From positions 2,208,001 through 2,272,000 of the forward strand of contig CAWIIB010000001.1 in the NCBI GenBank assembly GCA_963836075.1: DNA of 64,000 nt, written 5' to 3'. This document shows positions 61,146-64,000 of this stretch, in pieces. Under the pieces are notes generated by a model, which saw only the letters and a list, made by a program, of their open reading frames with translations, ran no database searches and was not told the DNA's origin. Made by a program: the position numbers and the translations under genes. Numbering within the stretch: the stretch's first letter is position 1; the number at the start of each line of letters is the position of its first letter. This DNA comes from an uncultured Acidobacteriota bacterium (GTDB lineage: Bacteria > Acidobacteriota > JAQAZP01).

Positions 61146-61181
61146 GGCTCATATTATAATGGATAATATTATACATGGCAA
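61146..61181 (-). promoter_or_regulatory. sigma70 promoter of higBA with an overlapping operator; leaderless-type
   Basis: TTGCCA (61176-81)-N17-TATAAT (61153-58), then 7 nt to the ATG; inverted repeat ATATTAT-N5-ATAATAT at 61151..61169. Confidence 0.75.
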
Positions 61182-61221
61182 GTACGCAGTTCGGTCTTAA
61201 CGCTTCTACCTGCAGGAGAGA

Positions 61222-61722
61222 CTACTTCAGTGCCTCGTTCTTGGCTGCGTAAAATTCGCGGTCGTAGCGGAAGCAGTGGTGGTTTGACCGCAACCTGCCG
61301 ACAGCGAGGACCAGGCCCTCGACGTTCTGGCCGAAGTAGAAGTTGGCGGTTAGGCCCTCGGGGCCGGGGCGCAGGCCCACCACCAGCGGGCAGAGGAACT
61401 GCTCCACCGGGGCCGAGATGCCGGCCTCGTGGGAATCGGGTACCACCGGGACCTCGAAACCGAGCCACTCCGAGTGCTCGCCGGCGTCGGCTCCGGCGGC
61501 CAGGACGACTTCGGCCGAGGAGTATTTGCCCTTGTCGGTGACCACGCCGGTGATCCGGTCACCCTCGCGGAGGTAGCCGGTGACCCGTTCGTTGAATTGG
61601 TAGACCACACCGTTGTTCTGCGCCTCGCGCTGGAACGCCAGGGGAGCCAGGATCGATGAGACTTGGCCTTCGTGGGGCGAGAAGGTGCCGCCGCGAAGGT
61701 CTTTGAAAACACCGTATCTCAC
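61222..61722 (-). pseudogene. Internal fragment of an FAD-dependent (DAO/sarcosine oxidase-like) oxidoreductase
   Basis: LRGGTFSP..GQ, VVTDKG, VVLAAG and PDSHEAGI, but no N-terminal GxGxxG and no normal C-terminus. Confidence 0.7.
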
Positions 61723-61954
61723 AGCGTCCCCGACCCCTCGCGACGAAGTTCTGTCAGAAGTCCGGGCTTGACGTCGAATTTCACCCCTGGGCCAGGGGCA
61801 GCACGGTGCCCCAGTTAATGGTGCTCGAATACCTCAATGATCGCCGAGCGGGATGACTGCAGCTTCACCAGCGCCGGAGTGCTCAAGCTGAAACTGCCCG
61901 GGACCGGGCGGTTTATCGACGAGGCGGGCGCCGCCTTGAACAGCCTAGTATGAC

Positions 61955-62215
61955 CGGCCACCGCGGCCGGAGCGGGCCGACCTGCACGTGGCGGTGCGAG
62001 AGAACCTGGAGCTGTTCTGTGACGGCTACGATGAGCAGTTCCTCGACCAGCACGACCTTTTGAGCCCTAGAGCGCGCCGCACACTGGAGGGGTATGTAGG
62101 TTGCGGGATTTTATCAGCGGGCTTTGCTCGCATCTGGTGCGTGGATTGTGGCCACGAATTGCTGGTGGCCTTCTCATGTCCGCTCAGGGGTGTATGCCCA
62201 TCCTGTCAACAGCCC
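61955..62215 (+). mobile_element. IS91-family transposase remnant (zinc-binding N-terminal domain)
   Basis: RPPRPERADLHVAVRENL...CGILSAGFARIWCVDCGHELLVAFSCPLRGVCPSC, then similarity stops before the HUH motif. Confidence 0.8.
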
Positions 62216-62620
62216 ACGTGCCGTCGGATTGGGTTGGCAGACTCGAGCAAGAGGAGCGAGCTGCACTGGACCGGGAGGATTAATTCTCACAGGCGTTACC
62301 CGATTGGGAAGAGTGGGAGCCGGCATGATCATCGTAATCACAATCGTGGCGTGGAATCCCTCGGGGGACGACTCTGTTAACATGACCCATCGAACCGGGG
62401 CGATTCAGGTTATCAACTCACCATCTCCCTCTTTGTGAACGGACGGTGTCATCCACCCACGATGAACCGGTCATTTCCCTTGGAAATCCGACTCCAGATT
62501 CGATCACCACTCTCTTCTCTGGCGTGAGCAGCTTGATCGCACGGAAGCTTTTCCCTGTCCTTCTCGCTGGACCCGTACACTCGGTGGATGGGTACAGCGA
62601 ATAGTGAAAGCATCATCCGC

Positions 62621-63160
62621 TCACCGTCCGGGCCGTAGGCATCCGAAGGGATAGATCAGCGAGAGCACTAGAAGGCTCCGGGCAGTGTGGGTCAAGAGAA
62701 AGGTGAGAAGGAAGTGGGCATACATCCCCCGGGGGAGGCCCTGCATCAGGATCACGATGGCAACAGTGAGAAAGGCGAGGCAAAGCGAGAGGACGGCGAC
62801 AGGTACAATATTTCTCGGGCAGACCATAGCCAGCCAGAGGAGGCACAGCAGGTAGGGGATCGCCGTGGAGAGGGAAACGAGTGTCATCCGGGCGGCCGAG
62901 ACTTGGACATACCAGGGATAGTAGCCCCGGGCCGTCAACCCCAGACAGTCGAAGAATCGGAACGGGTTCTCCACCGGCAGCAGTGAAAGGAGCGGGAACC
63001 GATTCTCCACAAGCCGATTGTGGTATTCAGTTGAGACGTCAAGATAGCGGATCGAGGGCGTGTTGAAGACATAGTGGACGAGACTCACCCCAAGAAAGGC
63101 ACTATTAAAGATTGCCGCGGCAATGATCACGTGAGCTGCATTTTTCCATTCCGCCCGCAA
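62621..63160 (-). CDS. Hypothetical membrane protein
   Basis: GGAGG RBS with a TTG start just downstream of the TolB-like gene; about four hydrophobic segments. Confidence 0.55.
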   Translation of the reverse strand: MRAEWKNAAHVIIAAAIFNSAFLGVSLVHYVFNTPSIRYLDVSTEYHNRLVENRFPLLSLLPVENPFRFFDCLGLTARGYYPWYVQVSAARMTLVSLSTAIPYLLCLLWLAMVCPRNIVPVAVLSLCLAFLTVAIVILMQGLPRGMYAHFLLTFLLTHTARSLLVLSLIYPFGCLRPGR

Positions 63161-63189
63161 ATCGTGTCCTCCATCCGGAATCGCTCAGA

Positions 63190-64000
63190 TCAGTAATTTT
63201 CGCTGGCCGTGGCCGGTAAGCCCCAGTGAGGATAGGCGTCGTCCCACTTGGTTTTGGTCAGTCGCTCCAGGATGCCACTCTCCAGGTCGTAAACGTAGAT
63301 ATCCCATTTGCCCTTACCATCGTAGGGCTCGGATGCAAACACAATGCGTTTTCCGTCCGGAGACCAGGCCGGATCATAGTCCCGCCCCGGGGCCTCGATG
63401 GGCAGACAGCGTCGGTCGCCACCTTCAGCGTCCATCAACCAAATGTCGTGGTTGTTCTCGCGATGACGTGAGACGTGGGCGATCAGCTGGCCATCAGGCG
63501 ACCAAGCGGGCCGGCAGCACCCGCTTCCCGGCGTAATCTGCCTTAGCGCGCCACCAGCCGGCTCAACAAGGCACACGTTCCACGCCCAGTTCCTGAGCAA
63601 GCCGTTGGCGCTGCAAGCAATGGTCTTTCCGTCCGGGGACCAGTCGGCGAGCATGTTGTCCTCACCCTTCCCCCGTGTTATCTGCCTGAGTCCCGTACCA
63701 TCCGCCTTCATCACGTAGAGCTCGAAGTGTCCGGTGCGATTGGAATCGAAAAGAATCTCCTTCCCATCAGGAGACCATGTGGGATTGAGGTCCGACGCTG
63801 GATGGTCGGTAAGCCGATTCTGGCGGGTCCCGTCGGCGTCCATCACGTACACCTCGTCGTTCCCCCCGTCGCGCTGCGAAAAGAAGACGATGCACGTACC
63901 GTCCGGGGAGTACTCGGGATTAAAATCCGGCTGCGTATTTCGCGTCAGCTGACTGGCATCGCTCCCGTCCGGACGCATGGACCAGATGTCGAAGTCGCCG
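63190..64000 (-). CDS. TolB-like PD40-repeat beta-propeller protein (5' end outside the window)
   Basis: Repeated PxWSPDGxxIxFxS..[IV]YVMxADG. Confidence 0.92.
   Translation of the reverse strand, partial: GDFDIWSMRPDGSDASQLTRNTQPDFNPEYSPDGTCIVFFSQRDGGNDEVYVMDADGTRQNRLTDHPASDLNPTWSPDGKEILFDSNRTGHFELYVMKADGTGLRQITRGKGEDNMLADWSPDGKTIACSANGLLRNWAWNVCLVEPAGGALRQITPGSGCCRPAWSPDGQLIAHVSRHRENNHDIWLMDAEGGDRRCLPIEAPGRDYDPAWSPDGKRIVFASEPYDGKGKWDIYVYDLESGILERLTKTKWDDAYPHWGLPATASENY

Noticed and set aside
1-64000. CRISPR array or cas genes
   Set aside because: No regularly spaced short repeats and no Cas motifs; the repeats seen are protein-coding.

Overview
A 64-kb, mostly high-GC bacterial window; the gene content (many ECF sigma factors, Hanks kinases with TPRs, a CHAT protease, FG-GAP and beta-helix surface proteins) resembles Acidobacteriota/Planctomycetota-type genomes, which is an inference. 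Ordinary genes (pfk, nadA, wecB-like epimerase, glycosyltransferases, aldo/keto reductase, diguanylate cyclase, higBA) alternate with accessory DNA. The main signal is a ~120-aa C-terminal domain (L-x-C-x-P-x-x-G...WRAG[YF]TN...D[VIL]TPxP[YF]NxPP[YHF]PPxGDT...C-x-V-x-x-x-A-P-stop) present seven times. Six copies end secreted proteins with unrelated passenger domains (beta-helix, FG-GAP propeller, Asp-box, WD40-like propeller, PQQ sugar dehydrogenase) and one ends a gene remnant. I cannot assign it to a named family; it looks like a lineage-specific sorting/surface-anchoring tag. A second, alternative C-terminal module (FG-GAP repeats ending GG[RH]F-stop) attaches at the same 'DMG[FY]HY' junction. 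One domain-bearing gene sits with its own promoter between ends of an integrase-core IS-like element. There is also a tRNA 3'-end fragment (att-like), IS91 remnants and several gene scars. At least six long genes carry single-base frameshifts, most likely long-read sequencing errors. No rRNA, complete tRNA or CRISPR array was seen.
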